From Trueperaceae bacterium (GTDB lineage Bacteria > Deinococcota > Deinococci > Deinococcales > Trueperaceae): a stretch of 64,000 bases of DNA. Both the position numbers and the translations under genes were made by a program. The stretch covers positions 12,697 through 76,696 of the forward strand of contig JBBDRK010000054.1 in NCBI GenBank assembly GCA_040905465.1. Reading direction: 5' to 3'. The notes under the pieces were generated by a model. That model was not told the origin of the DNA. It made no database searches and was given only the letters and a program-made list of their open reading frames with translations. Of this stretch, positions 47,616-56,664 are shown piece by piece (the stretch's first letter is position 1; each line of letters opens with the position of its first letter).

Positions 47616-48734
47616 ATGAATCGATATGCACTTTTGTCTAACTACTTCTTAAGCCCCGTATGGCCCATACTATTAGTATTGGTTCTGGTCGGCTGCGGCG
47701 TCAGCGGAACGGACACCGATGGAACGAACACGGACGTCAGCGCTCCAGCGGTAGCTTCGACGAGTCCGGTTGGAGGCAGTTCCGGGGTGGCAACCAACAG
47801 CCAGGTCGTTGCCACCTTCGATGAAAAGCTGGACGCCACTACGCTCACGTCGGTCACTTTCACCTTGACGGGACCGGGCACGACGGCGGTTGCGGGCACG
47901 GTCAGCCACGACACCAGCATCACGACGGCCGTCTTTACGCCCGCCAGCGGGCTCGAGGCCGACACACTTTACACTGCTACTCTGGCGACCGGCATCGAGG
48001 ATGCCGCGGGCAACGCCCTGAGCAACGCCTTCGCGTGGACATTTACCACCGATCTGGTGGCCGCTGTCGGCGAGCCGGTATTCCTCGGCACGGCTGGCGA
48101 CTTCGTGATCCTGGCGAAGACGGCGATCTCGACCACCGGAACCACGGCTATCGTCGGAGATGTCGGACTGAGCCCTGCCGCGCAGAGCTACATCACCGGC
48201 TTTTCCGAGACACTTGACGCCTCGAACGAATTCGCGACGTCTGCCATCGTCACCGGGAAGATCTACGCCGCCGACATGGCGACCCCTACACCGGCCAAGA
48301 TGACAAGCGCCATCGGTGACATGGAAACCGCCTACACCGACGCCGCAGGGAGAACCTCGCCAGACTTCACCGAGGTCGGTGCCGGCGACATCAGCGGCAT
48401 GACCCTCACTCCGGGACTCTACAAGTGGGGCACCGGGGTTTCGGTCAATAGCGACGTCACACTGAACGGCGGCTCGAACGACGTCTGGATCTTTCAGATT
48501 GCGGAAGACCTCACGGTCGCGAGCGGCGTCCAGGTGACCCTGGCGGGCGGAGCCCTGCCGGAGAACATATTCTGGCAGGTCGCAGGCCAGGCGACGCTCG
48601 GAACGACGGCGGCCTTCAACGGGATCGTCCTGAGCAAGACGCAGGTCGTACTCGACACCGGCGCAACGGCAAGCGGCAGGCTGCTGGCGCAGACCGCGGT
48701 CACCCTGGACGCCAACGCCGTGACCGCCCCGTAG
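47616..48734 (+). CDS. Ice-binding protein (DUF3494) lipoprotein with Ig-like domain
   Basis: Lipobox LVGC, Big_5-like domain, LGTAGDFVILAKTAIS, AYTDAAGR, PGLYKW, WIFQI, NIFWQVAG, GRLLAQTAVTL. Confidence 0.92.
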   Translation: MNRYALLSNYFLSPVWPILLVLVLVGCGVSGTDTDGTNTDVSAPAVASTSPVGGSSGVATNSQVVATFDEKLDATTLTSVTFTLTGPGTTAVAGTVSHDTSITTAVFTPASGLEADTLYTATLATGIEDAAGNALSNAFAWTFTTDLVAAVGEPVFLGTAGDFVILAKTAISTTGTTAIVGDVGLSPAAQSYITGFSETLDASNEFATSAIVTGKIYAADMATPTPAKMTSAIGDMETAYTDAAGRTSPDFTEVGAGDISGMTLTPGLYKWGTGVSVNSDVTLNGGSNDVWIFQIAEDLTVASGVQVTLAGGALPENIFWQVAGQATLGTTAAFNGIVLSKTQVVLDTGATASGRLLAQTAVTLDANAVTAP

Positions 48735-48882
48735 GGCTCGCATTGGTCCCCCCGGCAAGGGTGTGCGACTCGAGAAAGTGCGTGTAACGGCTACCTGCCG
48801 CTACCTGAATGAGGTGAGAGGGCCGGTCTTCCGGCCCTCTCACATTCAGCGCCGGGGCGACCGCCCTAACGTAGAGTGACGC

Positions 48883-49659
48883 ATGTATGCTGCGCTCTGC
48901 TTCGACCTCGACGGAACCCTGGCCCGATTCGCGGGTGATTTCGACGAACTGCTCGACGGGTTGCGTACCGATCTGGGGCTGCTTGCCTGCGACTTCACGA
49001 CCTTCAGACGGCGGGTGTCGACGGAGTTGCGGCGTGAAGGGCCGCTCACGTTGCGCTCGGCGTTGAGGATCGCGCTCGAAGGGCTCGAGCTGCGGGTTCC
49101 CGACGATCTGGGTCCAGTGGTGGAGCGGACCGTGCTCGATTACGCGAACGCGATGGCGCTCAGGGAGGGCGCCGAGGCGCTCCTGGCCCGGCTCGACCGG
49201 CTGCGCGTCCCGATGGCGCTGATTAGCAACGGACCCGACGACATGCAGCGTGCCGCGCTTGCCGCACTGGGGATCGAGCGGTACTTCACGGTGGTGCTGA
49301 TTTCCGGTGACCCGGATGTGGCGGTGCGCAAGCCGCATCCGCGCATCTTCGACCTCGCCTGCAGCGGCCTCGCAACCTCGCCGGCCGACACCGTGATGAT
49401 CGGTGACGATCTCGAAAGCGACATAGCCGGGGCCCTCGCTTTCGGCATGGCCGCGATATTGGTGAGCGAGTCGGGCGACGAGTGGGCCGGTGCCGGCGCC
49501 GTCGGCCGGGCGGGCGCTGAGCTTGCCGCCGGCGGCCCGTGCGCCGAAGCCTCCGCTGGCGGTGCCGACGCCGCTGGCCGTGCCGGCGCCCAAACCGTGA
49601 CCGACCTCTCGGCCCTCGACTGCGTCCTGAAAGCGAGACTGAAAGCGAGAACCGCATGA
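48883..49659 (+). CDS. HAD-superfamily hydrolase
   Basis: FDLDGTL, ISNG, KPHPRIF, IGDDLESDI. Confidence 0.9.
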   Translation: MYAALCFDLDGTLARFAGDFDELLDGLRTDLGLLACDFTTFRRRVSTELRREGPLTLRSALRIALEGLELRVPDDLGPVVERTVLDYANAMALREGAEALLARLDRLRVPMALISNGPDDMQRAALAALGIERYFTVVLISGDPDVAVRKPHPRIFDLACSGLATSPADTVMIGDDLESDIAGALAFGMAAILVSESGDEWAGAGAVGRAGAELAAGGPCAEASAGGADAAGRAGAQTVTDLSALDCVLKARLKARTA

Positions 49660-50882
49660 GCGACGCAACCGGCGCGACCTCTTTCCGCCCGAGCGCCGGC
49701 GACTTCCTCGAGAACCCATATCCGACCTACGCCCGACTGAGACGCGAGACGCCGATCTTCTACCACGAACCGTGGCGAAAGTGGATTCTCACCCGCCACG
49801 CCGACATAGACGCGCTCCTGCGTGACCGCCGGCTCGGCAGGGTGATCCACCACCTGCTGGCGCCGGAGGAGTTGCCGTCGCAGGACCCCGAGCACGGCCC
49901 GTTCCGGGCGATCCAGGAAGGATCGCTGCTGGAGATCGAGCCGCCCGATCACACCCGCATCCGCTCGGTGGTCCACTCCGCCTTCACCCCCAGGCACGTG
50001 CGTGCGCTGCAGGCGCGGATCGAGGCCTTGTGCGAAACACTGGCGGACCGTCTGGCGGTCGTGCCGGAGCGGCGAGCAGACCTCATCCAGGTGTTCGCCG
50101 AGCCGCTGCCGGTCACCGTAATCGCCGAACTGCTCGGTATCCCCGAACCCGACCGCCACCGCCTGCTGCCATGGTCCAAGGCGATCATCGGAATGTTCGA
50201 GCCCGAGCGCACGGCCGCAGACGAGCGCGAGGCGGTGCGTGCGGCCGGAGAGTTCAGCGACTACCTGAGGTGGCTCGTTCCACGGAAGAGGCTCGAGCCG
50301 GCCGACGATCTGGTGACCAGGATGGTGGAGGTGCACGACCAGGATCCCGACCGCCTGAGCGAGTCGGAGATCGTCGCGAACTGCATCCTGTTCCTGGACG
50401 CCGGTCATGAGGCAGTCGTAAACGTTATCGGAAACGGCATGAAGGCCCTGCTCTCGCACCCGGCGGAACTCGACCGTCTGCGCGAAGACCGGGAACTGGT
50501 CGCGACCGCGGTGGAAGAGATGATGCGCTTCGATACGCCGCTGCAGTTCTTCGAGAGGTTCGCGCTCGAGGATATGGAATACCAGAGTCACCAATGGCCC
50601 AAAGGGACGAAACTGTGCCTTTACTATGCCAGCGCCAACCACGACGAGAGGGTCTTCGAGTCCCCGGAACGCTTCGACGTCGGACGCGATCCGAACCCGC
50701 ACCTGGCGTTTGGAATGGGGCTGCACTACTGCATCGGCGCGCCGCTGGCGCGCCTCGAGCTCTCGGTCGCCCTGCGGACCCTGCTTCGCCGCTTTCCCGA
50801 CCTGCGACTCGCCCAGCAGGAGTTTCGCTATCTGCCCAAGAACGTGTTCCGCTACCTGACCGAATTGCGGGTGGAGTATTGA
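49656..50882 (+). CDS. Cytochrome P450
   Basis: PPDHTRIR, AGHE, EEMMR, FGMGLHYCIG. Confidence 0.96.
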   Translation: MSDATGATSFRPSAGDFLENPYPTYARLRRETPIFYHEPWRKWILTRHADIDALLRDRRLGRVIHHLLAPEELPSQDPEHGPFRAIQEGSLLEIEPPDHTRIRSVVHSAFTPRHVRALQARIEALCETLADRLAVVPERRADLIQVFAEPLPVTVIAELLGIPEPDRHRLLPWSKAIIGMFEPERTAADEREAVRAAGEFSDYLRWLVPRKRLEPADDLVTRMVEVHDQDPDRLSESEIVANCILFLDAGHEAVVNVIGNGMKALLSHPAELDRLREDRELVATAVEEMMRFDTPLQFFERFALEDMEYQSHQWPKGTKLCLYYASANHDERVFESPERFDVGRDPNPHLAFGMGLHYCIGAPLARLELSVALRTLLRRFPDLRLAQQEFRYLPKNVFRYLTELRVEY

Positions 50883-50917
50883 GCGGGCTTGCCGGGCCGC
50901 TGCGATACACTGGGAAC

Positions 50918-51310
50918 ATGACAGACAAGGACAGAGCGTTCTACCGTGCCTGGGCCGAGATGCTGGACTGGATGCGGAAGTACGCCGAGGCCCGTGAAGT
51001 GGTGATGTTCGAAAAGGAAGCCGACTTTCCCGACTACATCTACCGGATGGAACGCCCCTACGACCTGCCGACCACGGTCATGTCGGCGAGCCTCTCGCAA
51101 CTCGACGGGACACCGGTCCTGATGGTCAACGCCAGCCCGCGCCACACAGTTTTCAAGGAGGTGGGACTGCATCCGTTCCAGTCGCATTCATACCGAAAGA
51201 TGAAGCTGTCCGCCGACGGCAGTGCGCTCGCCGAGGGCAAGAGGGTGTTCACGCGTGAGATGTTGGAGGCCCTGGCGGATGACCTGTTTCACCTAAAGGC
51301 CGAAGCCTGA
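50918..51310 (+). CDS. nqo15: NADH-quinone oxidoreductase subunit 15 (frataxin-like)
   Basis: FEKEADFPDYIYRMERPYDLPTT matches the Thermus Nqo15 signature as recalled. Confidence 0.9.
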   Translation: MTDKDRAFYRAWAEMLDWMRKYAEAREVVMFEKEADFPDYIYRMERPYDLPTTVMSASLSQLDGTPVLMVNASPRHTVFKEVGLHPFQSHSYRKMKLSADGSALAEGKRVFTREMLEALADDLFHLKAEA

Positions 51311-51522
51311 GCGACCCCCGCGACGCCTCCGAGCAGGCCGGCCTGGCGCGCGCCGCACGTGGCGGCATCTGTGCCGGCTGTCTTCACGCCCAACTGGTGC
51401 GCTCCGCTCGTGGCAGCGTGTTTCTTCTCTGTCGCCATCCGGATCTGCCCAAATACCCGCGACAGCCGGTGTTGAGCTGTCACGGCTTCGCTCCGCCGTC
51501 GAGGCTGGAGCCGACCGGTTAG
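51307..51522 (+). CDS. Small 4-Cys protein absent from the ORF track (probable CTG start)
   Basis: Open frame ...GGICAGCLHAQLVRSARGSVFLLCRHPDLPKYPRQPVLSCHGF...; CTGA overlap with the nqo15 stop. Confidence 0.6.
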   Translation: MSDPRDASEQAGLARAARGGICAGCLHAQLVRSARGSVFLLCRHPDLPKYPRQPVLSCHGFAPPSRLEPTG

Positions 51523-51607
51523 GTTCGACTGCGGCTCGAGCTCCCTCCCGCATCGAGGCTGCGCTCGCGGCCCGGTCTCGCCGCTACCGCCGGGCCGGCG
51601 CGTCCGC

Positions 51608-52651
51608 TCACTCGTGAGCCCGCCGCTCGCGGCCGGCGAGCGTATCGGCGAGGCGGCTCGCCAACAGCGGGGCAGTCAGGAAGCCGCGTCCACCGAACGC
51701 CCCCAGAAACCACAGGTCCGACTCCAGCTCTTCGACCATCGGCAGGTTGTTCGGGCGTTTTGCTCGCACGCCGGTCCAAACGTCAACGATCGGCGCTTCG
51801 GCCAAGGGTGGAATCATGCGCGCCGCCGATGCTCGGAGCAGCTCGGGAGCGTGCGGATCGCTGATGCCTGGATCCCGATGATTTCCACCCAGTAAAACCC
51901 GGTTTCCGGTCGATGCCAGGTATACCGAACCGGCAACGGGGTAGGGGAGGGGAGTGTCCGACGCCAGCGTGATCTGGTCGCCGGCGATTCGATCGAGCTG
52001 CGGAACCCGGGCCCCTGGAACGGAGCCGGCCCCCAGGCACAGAGCCACGCTCCGGGCAGCGATCGCTCCCCGTTCGGTGTGGGCGCGCCAGGTGCCATAG
52101 AGCCGCTCGAGCCGCTCGATCTCGCACTCCTCGATTACCTCGGCGCCCGTCGCGCGCACCGCCGAAACCAGGGCTGACAGGAGCCGCGAGGTGTCGACCC
52201 AGCCGCCGTCTTTCACCAGGAAGGCTCCCGCTGGCGCCCGGTACGCCTCCGGGAGTTCCGACTGACGCTCCATCCCGGGCAGCTCCTGCCAGGCGCGTGC
52301 CTGGCGGGCGTTCGAGGCTATCCGCAGGACTCCGCTGCGCCGCGCGCCAGGCTGTGCTCCGCCGGCTCGCAGCTCATCGGCTAGCCGCCAGAACGACGCA
52401 AGCCCCTCCAGGTCGTAGGGTCCCGGCTTTCCGCTGCGGCCGCGGTAAGGGTTGAGGAGCGCAGCGCCGACTGCCGAAGCCCCCAGGCGGCCGACGCGGC
52501 CGCGATCGACCAGCACGGCAGCTACGCCGCGTCGCGCCAGGGCATACGCCAGGCAGCAGCCGGCGATGCCGGCCCCGATCACAAGTACAGAAACCGGTCG
52601 GGGCGCAGTCGCCGACCGCCTCACGGTGCCAGCTTCAAGTGCCGGTCTCAC
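51608..52651 (-). CDS. FAD-dependent oxidoreductase (DAO family, MnmC oxidase-like); start uncertain
   Basis: VIGAGIAG, GAS, GVRA, GGRGF; near an MnmD-like gene. Confidence 0.8.
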   Translation of the reverse strand: MRPALEAGTVRRSATAPRPVSVLVIGAGIAGCCLAYALARRGVAAVLVDRGRVGRLGASAVGAALLNPYRGRSGKPGPYDLEGLASFWRLADELRAGGAQPGARRSGVLRIASNARQARAWQELPGMERQSELPEAYRAPAGAFLVKDGGWVDTSRLLSALVSAVRATGAEVIEECEIERLERLYGTWRAHTERGAIAARSVALCLGAGSVPGARVPQLDRIAGDQITLASDTPLPYPVAGSVYLASTGNRVLLGGNHRDPGISDPHAPELLRASAARMIPPLAEAPIVDVWTGVRAKRPNNLPMVEELESDLWFLGAFGGRGFLTAPLLASRLADTLAGRERRAHE

Positions 52652-52797
52652 GTGCCACGCTCACGTGCCAGTCTCATGGTGCCGGCTCCACGGCGCCGGT
52701 CTCGCGGCGCCGCCCTCACGGTGCAGGATTCATGGCACGGGCTCCAACGGTGCGGGCTCACCGTGCCGGCCTCACGGCGCCGGTCTCGCGCGGTACC
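52620..52797. repeat. 13-14 bp degenerate tandem array, about 12-13 copies, consensus CTCACGGTGCCGG(T/C)
   Basis: Units such as CTCACGGTGCCAGC, CTCACGTGCCAGT, CTCATGGTGCCGGC, CTCACGGCGCCGGT. Confidence 0.85.
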
Positions 52798-52853
52798 TCC
52801 CGGTCGGGCGGTATCATGGTCGCGGCCTCGAGCCGAGGGAGGGAGCTGACGTC

Positions 52854-53300
52854 GTGTACGAATTCCTCAAGGGCCTTCACAACCTCCTGCGCTGGGTAGT
52901 GCTGCTGGGTGGGGTCTGGGCACTGATCGCCGCGCTGCGCGGGCTTTTCAGTCGGGCGCAGTGGACCGCATCCGAGCGGAGAGCCGGGGCGATCTTCGCC
53001 GGCAGCCTTCACCTGCAGATACTCCTGGGCGTGCTGCTCTACCTGGTCAGCCCGATCGTCCGCGGTGGTTTCAGCGATTTCGGCGGGGCGATGGGTGATG
53101 ACGTCACCCGGTTCTTCCTGGTGGAGCATCTGGCGGTGATGATCCTGGCGGCTGTCGCCGCTCAGGTCGGACTCTCCACTGCCCGTCGCGCCACCGACGA
53201 CAGGCGGAGCTTCGTGCGGGCGTCGATCGGTTTCGGTTTGGCCATGCTGCTGATCCTCTACGGCATCCCCTGGTGGCGGCCGCTGCTGCCCTGGGCCTGA
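52854..53300 (+). CDS. Four-TM membrane protein with conserved His residues (cytochrome b-like)
   Basis: LHNLLRW, HLQILLG, FFLVEH, GIPW; GGAGGGAG RBS. Confidence 0.75.
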   Translation: MYEFLKGLHNLLRWVVLLGGVWALIAALRGLFSRAQWTASERRAGAIFAGSLHLQILLGVLLYLVSPIVRGGFSDFGGAMGDDVTRFFLVEHLAVMILAAVAAQVGLSTARRATDDRRSFVRASIGFGLAMLLILYGIPWWRPLLPWA

Positions 53301-53317
53301 GCATCGGGTCCCACTCA

Positions 53318-54013
53318 TTACCCGGTCGTCCTGAGCGCAATGAGCATCTCCCGCTTGCCGCCGGCAGGGCCGCTAACCTTGCTCACCTGCAGTCCGGCCG
53401 CCTGCAGCCGGCGCCTCACCTCGCCCTTCACGGTATAGGTGGCGAGGGTGCCTCCCGGTGCCAGCGCTGCGGCAAGCCTCGCCAGGAACTCCAGGCTCCA
53501 CAGCTCGGGGTTGGCGTCGGGACTGAAGGCGTCATGGTAGATGGCGTCGAATGCGTCTTCCTCCAGTTCGATCGCCGAGGCGTCGCCGAGCCGCAGTTCG
53601 AGCAGGGCGCCGGTGATCTCGCCGCGGTAGAGTCCCTCCGAAGGAGGCGGGCCGAGCCGTTCCCGGAACCGCAGATAGTCCTCCAACGGCGCGGCCGCAT
53701 ACTCGCCGTAACCGAGTTGCGACACCAGTGTCGCCGGCAACAGGTCACGCTCGAGCGCCACGTAGGCGAGGCGGGCGTTACCGGCGAGGGCTGTTTGGGC
53801 ACTGAGCAGGAAGTTCAGTCCAGTGCCGAAGCCCACCTCCAGGACCTTGGTAGCAAGGCCGGAGCGTAGCCGCCGATCGGCGCCGCTGCCGGCCAGGAAC
53901 ACGTGCAAGGATTCGGCCACGGCACCGTGCCGGGAATGGAACGTCTGATTGAACCCGGTACTGAACAAGGTGGCGCTTCCGTCGTCCGTCACCTGCCGCT
54001 CGAGCTCGTCCAC
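53318..54013 (-). CDS. mnmD: tRNA mnm5s2U34 methyltransferase (MnmC methyltransferase domain)
   Basis: FHSRHGA..ES.HVF, LEVGFGTGLN, DAFSPDANPELW, GKREM. Confidence 0.9.
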   Translation of the reverse strand: MDELERQVTDDGSATLFSTGFNQTFHSRHGAVAESLHVFLAGSGADRRLRSGLATKVLEVGFGTGLNFLLSAQTALAGNARLAYVALERDLLPATLVSQLGYGEYAAAPLEDYLRFRERLGPPPSEGLYRGEITGALLELRLGDASAIELEEDAFDAIYHDAFSPDANPELWSLEFLARLAAALAPGGTLATYTVKGEVRRRLQAAGLQVSKVSGPAGGKREMLIALRTTG

Positions 54014-54050
54014 AACGCCACTTTAGCGCACGGACGGGTAAGCTGGAGGT

Positions 54051-54779
54051 ATGCGCCGAGTGCTTGAAATGATGTGGTCATCGATTCTCTCGACTTGGAT
54101 GTCGGTGCGTGACTGGCTGGATGGACTCGCCGGAGACGCCGGCGTGTGGCTGGTCGTTCTCTTAGTGCTCCTGGTGCTGATGGTGCTGCTGCTTTTCCTG
54201 TTGCCGGGCGGAAGCCGAACGGCACGAAACGAAGCGAAACCGGAACTGCTGGTGTCGCGCGGGGAGGTGCGCTCGTTCGAGGACAGCAGCGTCACCGAGC
54301 TGTCGATGCACGTCAGCAACCTGGGCGATGGGGTCGTGCAGCTTCTCGAGGTCGCCCTGCGCAGCGACCTGATGCCCACGCCGGAGACAGTCGAACTGAG
54401 CGTGCTGGTGCCGCGCTCCCGCTCGGTAGACGTGCGCGTTCCGGTCGAGGAGTTGCACGGAGACAGCGGTTTCCTGGACCTCTACTTCTACACTCCCCAG
54501 ACGCGCAACCGCGGGTTCCGGCTGCGAGCCGCGCTCACCTGGGAGCCGTGGGAAGGTCGCTTCAAGGTCGAGCCGCTGGGCCAGCGGCTCGACGTAGCGA
54601 GGCGCCTGGCAAGCTCCCGAATCCAGCGGCGCCAGCGCGAAGAGTGGCGGCGCCGGCAGCGCGACCCGGGTGAGCAAGCGGCGGCGACGCCGTTGCAACC
54701 GGAGCCCGAGCCTGTCGCCGAATCGCCGGATGAAGGCGGCTCCGAACGGGAGCGGCTGGACTTTCCGTCCGACTTCTGA
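54051..54779 (+). CDS. Hypothetical membrane-anchored protein
   Basis: N-terminal TM followed by a soluble domain. Confidence 0.7.
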   Translation: MRRVLEMMWSSILSTWMSVRDWLDGLAGDAGVWLVVLLVLLVLMVLLLFLLPGGSRTARNEAKPELLVSRGEVRSFEDSSVTELSMHVSNLGDGVVQLLEVALRSDLMPTPETVELSVLVPRSRSVDVRVPVEELHGDSGFLDLYFYTPQTRNRGFRLRAALTWEPWEGRFKVEPLGQRLDVARRLASSRIQRRQREEWRRRQRDPGEQAAATPLQPEPEPVAESPDEGGSERERLDFPSDF

Positions 54780-55035
54780 ACGGGCGCTCCCGAACTAGGC
54801 GCCGCGCTCTACTCCAAGCGGCCTGCCCGTGCCTCACCCGGCGGCGGGCGTCAATGTCGGCAGGAGTGCCGGCGCCTGAAATCTGCGGCCGGGCGGCGGG
54901 CGCGTTCGGAGCGGATATGCTGTGGCGGTTACAGCAAATCACTCAGGAAAGCCTCTCCCTTTAGGGGGATGATTTGAGTGCTGCCGCTAGGGCAGTGTGT
55001 CTACACCGGCGAGAGAGTGTGCTATCGTGTAGTCT

Positions 55036-55434
55036 ATGGGTGACGGCTACAAACGCCATAAGGGGGCGGTTGCTGAATTGCGCTACCACCTGATCTGGGT
55101 ACCCCGTAGACGCCGCAAGGTGCTTGCTGGCGCTGTCGCCGAACGACTTGAAATGCTGCTGAGAGAGAAAGCCGCAGAGCTTGGCGTGGAGATTGAACAC
55201 CTGGCGATTCAACCCGACCATCTCCACCTGTTCGTGAACGCGCCGCCGTCTTTAGCGGTAGCGCAGATTGTGTTTCGGCTCAAAGGTTATACCTCTCGCA
55301 TTATTAGGCAAGAGTTTGCGCACCTTAAACGGATGCCGAGCATGTGGACAACGAGCTACTTTGCGAGCACGGCGGGCAAAGTCTCAGCATCCACCATTGA
55401 GCGTTACATTCAGCAGCAGAGCACCCGAGCATGA
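55036..55434 (+). CDS. tnpA: Y1 HUH transposase
   Basis: YHLIWVP, DHLHL (HUH), LKG, SYF, IERYI catalytic Tyr. Confidence 0.96.
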   Translation: MGDGYKRHKGAVAELRYHLIWVPRRRRKVLAGAVAERLEMLLREKAAELGVEIEHLAIQPDHLHLFVNAPPSLAVAQIVFRLKGYTSRIIRQEFAHLKRMPSMWTTSYFASTAGKVSASTIERYIQQQSTRA

Positions 55435-56628
55435 CGACGCACCGCAAGGTCTACCGCTTCCGGGTTGACCCAACCCCGGCTCAGGCTGAGCAGATGTACA
55501 GCATGGCGGGCGCCAAGCGGTTCGTGTTCAATTGGGCCCTGGCACGGCGCAAAGACCACTACGCCGAACACGGTGAGGGTCTTTCGGCGAAGGTGCTTTC
55601 GGCTGAGCTGACCGCTCTTAAGAAGCAGCCTGATAGCGAGTGGCTTAAGGGTGTGGATTCGCAGCTTCTACAGCAAGCCCTGAGGGATGTTGATCGGGCT
55701 TTTCAAAACTTTTTCGACAAGCGCGGCCGCTTCCCGCGCTTTAAGTCCAAGCGTCGTGAGATACCCTCGTTTCGCATCCCGCAGCGGGTCAAGGTCGAGG
55801 CTGGCAAAGTGTATGTCCCGAAAGTCGGTTGGGTGAAAGCACGTCAGTCTCAGCCGGTAGACTGCCCGACCAAGAGTGCAACGTTCAAGCGAGATGCCAC
55901 GCGACGTTGGTACGTGACCCTCACGGCTGAGTTCGAGATGCCCGAGGTACCGCTGCAACCTGCCGAACCTAACAACGTTGTCGGTATCGACCTCGGCTTA
56001 AGAGATTTCGCGGTGCTGAGCACAGGCGAGCGCATCGCCCCGCCCAAGCACTACCGGCAGTCAGAGCGCCGCTTAGCGAAAGCCCAGCGACGCCTGTCAC
56101 GTCGCCAGAAGGGAAGCAAAAACCGTGACAAAGCCCGCTTGACCGTCGCTCGAGTACACCTGAAAATCAGGAACCAACGTGCGGACTTTCTCCATAAGTT
56201 GACTACCTCGCTGGTTCGGAGTCGTGACGGGCTGTGCATCGAAGACCTCTCGTTTAGTGGCATGGCGAAAACCAAGCTTGCCAAAAGCGTGCTGGACGCT
56301 GGCCTCGCTGAGTTCCGCAGGCAGCTTGAGTACAAGTCGGTTTGGAACGGCAGGCACCTGGCAGTGATACACCGTTGGTATCCGAGCACCAAGCTTTGCC
56401 AAAAGTGCGGCACGCTAAACACCCTGACGCTAGCCGACAGAGTGTGCACCTGCACTTGCGGCGCTCATTACGACAGAGACTCAAACGCAGGCTCAGAACA
56501 TCCGAACTGAAGGTTTAAGGATGATGGAGGCTGCCGGACAGACAGACTCCCTAAACGCTTGTGGACGCGACGTCAGCCCTCGCTGTGTCGAGGCGGTTGC
56601 GGTTGAAGCAAGAATCCCCCCGCTTTAG
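55431..56628 (+). pseudogene. tnpB: RNA-guided nuclease TnpB, frameshifted near the C-terminus (uninterrupted ORF ends 56510)
   Basis: GIDLG, IEDL, Zn finger, DRD; removing one G at 56490-56491 restores NAAQNI...EARIPPL* ending at 56628. Confidence 0.85.
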
Positions 56629-56664
56629 CAAAGGGGAGTGTCAAGGAGGCTATATGAAGATCGA
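56490..56664 (+). ncRNA. Predicted TnpB omega/reRNA (right-end scaffold plus flanking guide); boundaries approximate
   Basis: Expected from IS605 biology: overlaps the tnpB 3' end and RE hairpin, with guide starting after TCAA. Confidence 0.5.

Larger units (their letters stand above)
54933..56644 (+). mobile_element. IS200/IS605-family element, IS608-like ends
   Basis: Target TTAC (54929-32), 15 nt, AAAG plus hairpin at the left end; GAAT plus hairpin then TCAA at the right end; tnpA and tnpB; less GC-rich than flanks. Confidence 0.9.

Noticed and set aside
52620-52797. CRISPR array interpretation of the repeats
   Set aside because: Units are 13-14 bp, degenerate and contiguous, with no spacers and no cas genes.
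54939-54942. TCAC as the left-end target motif
   Set aside because: TTAC at 54929-54932 fits the IS608 AAAG guide and 15-nt spacing better.
55431-56510. TnpB as Cas12 or nuclease-dead TldR
   Set aside because: It sits with tnpA inside IS ends, has no array, and retains all three RuvC acidic residues.
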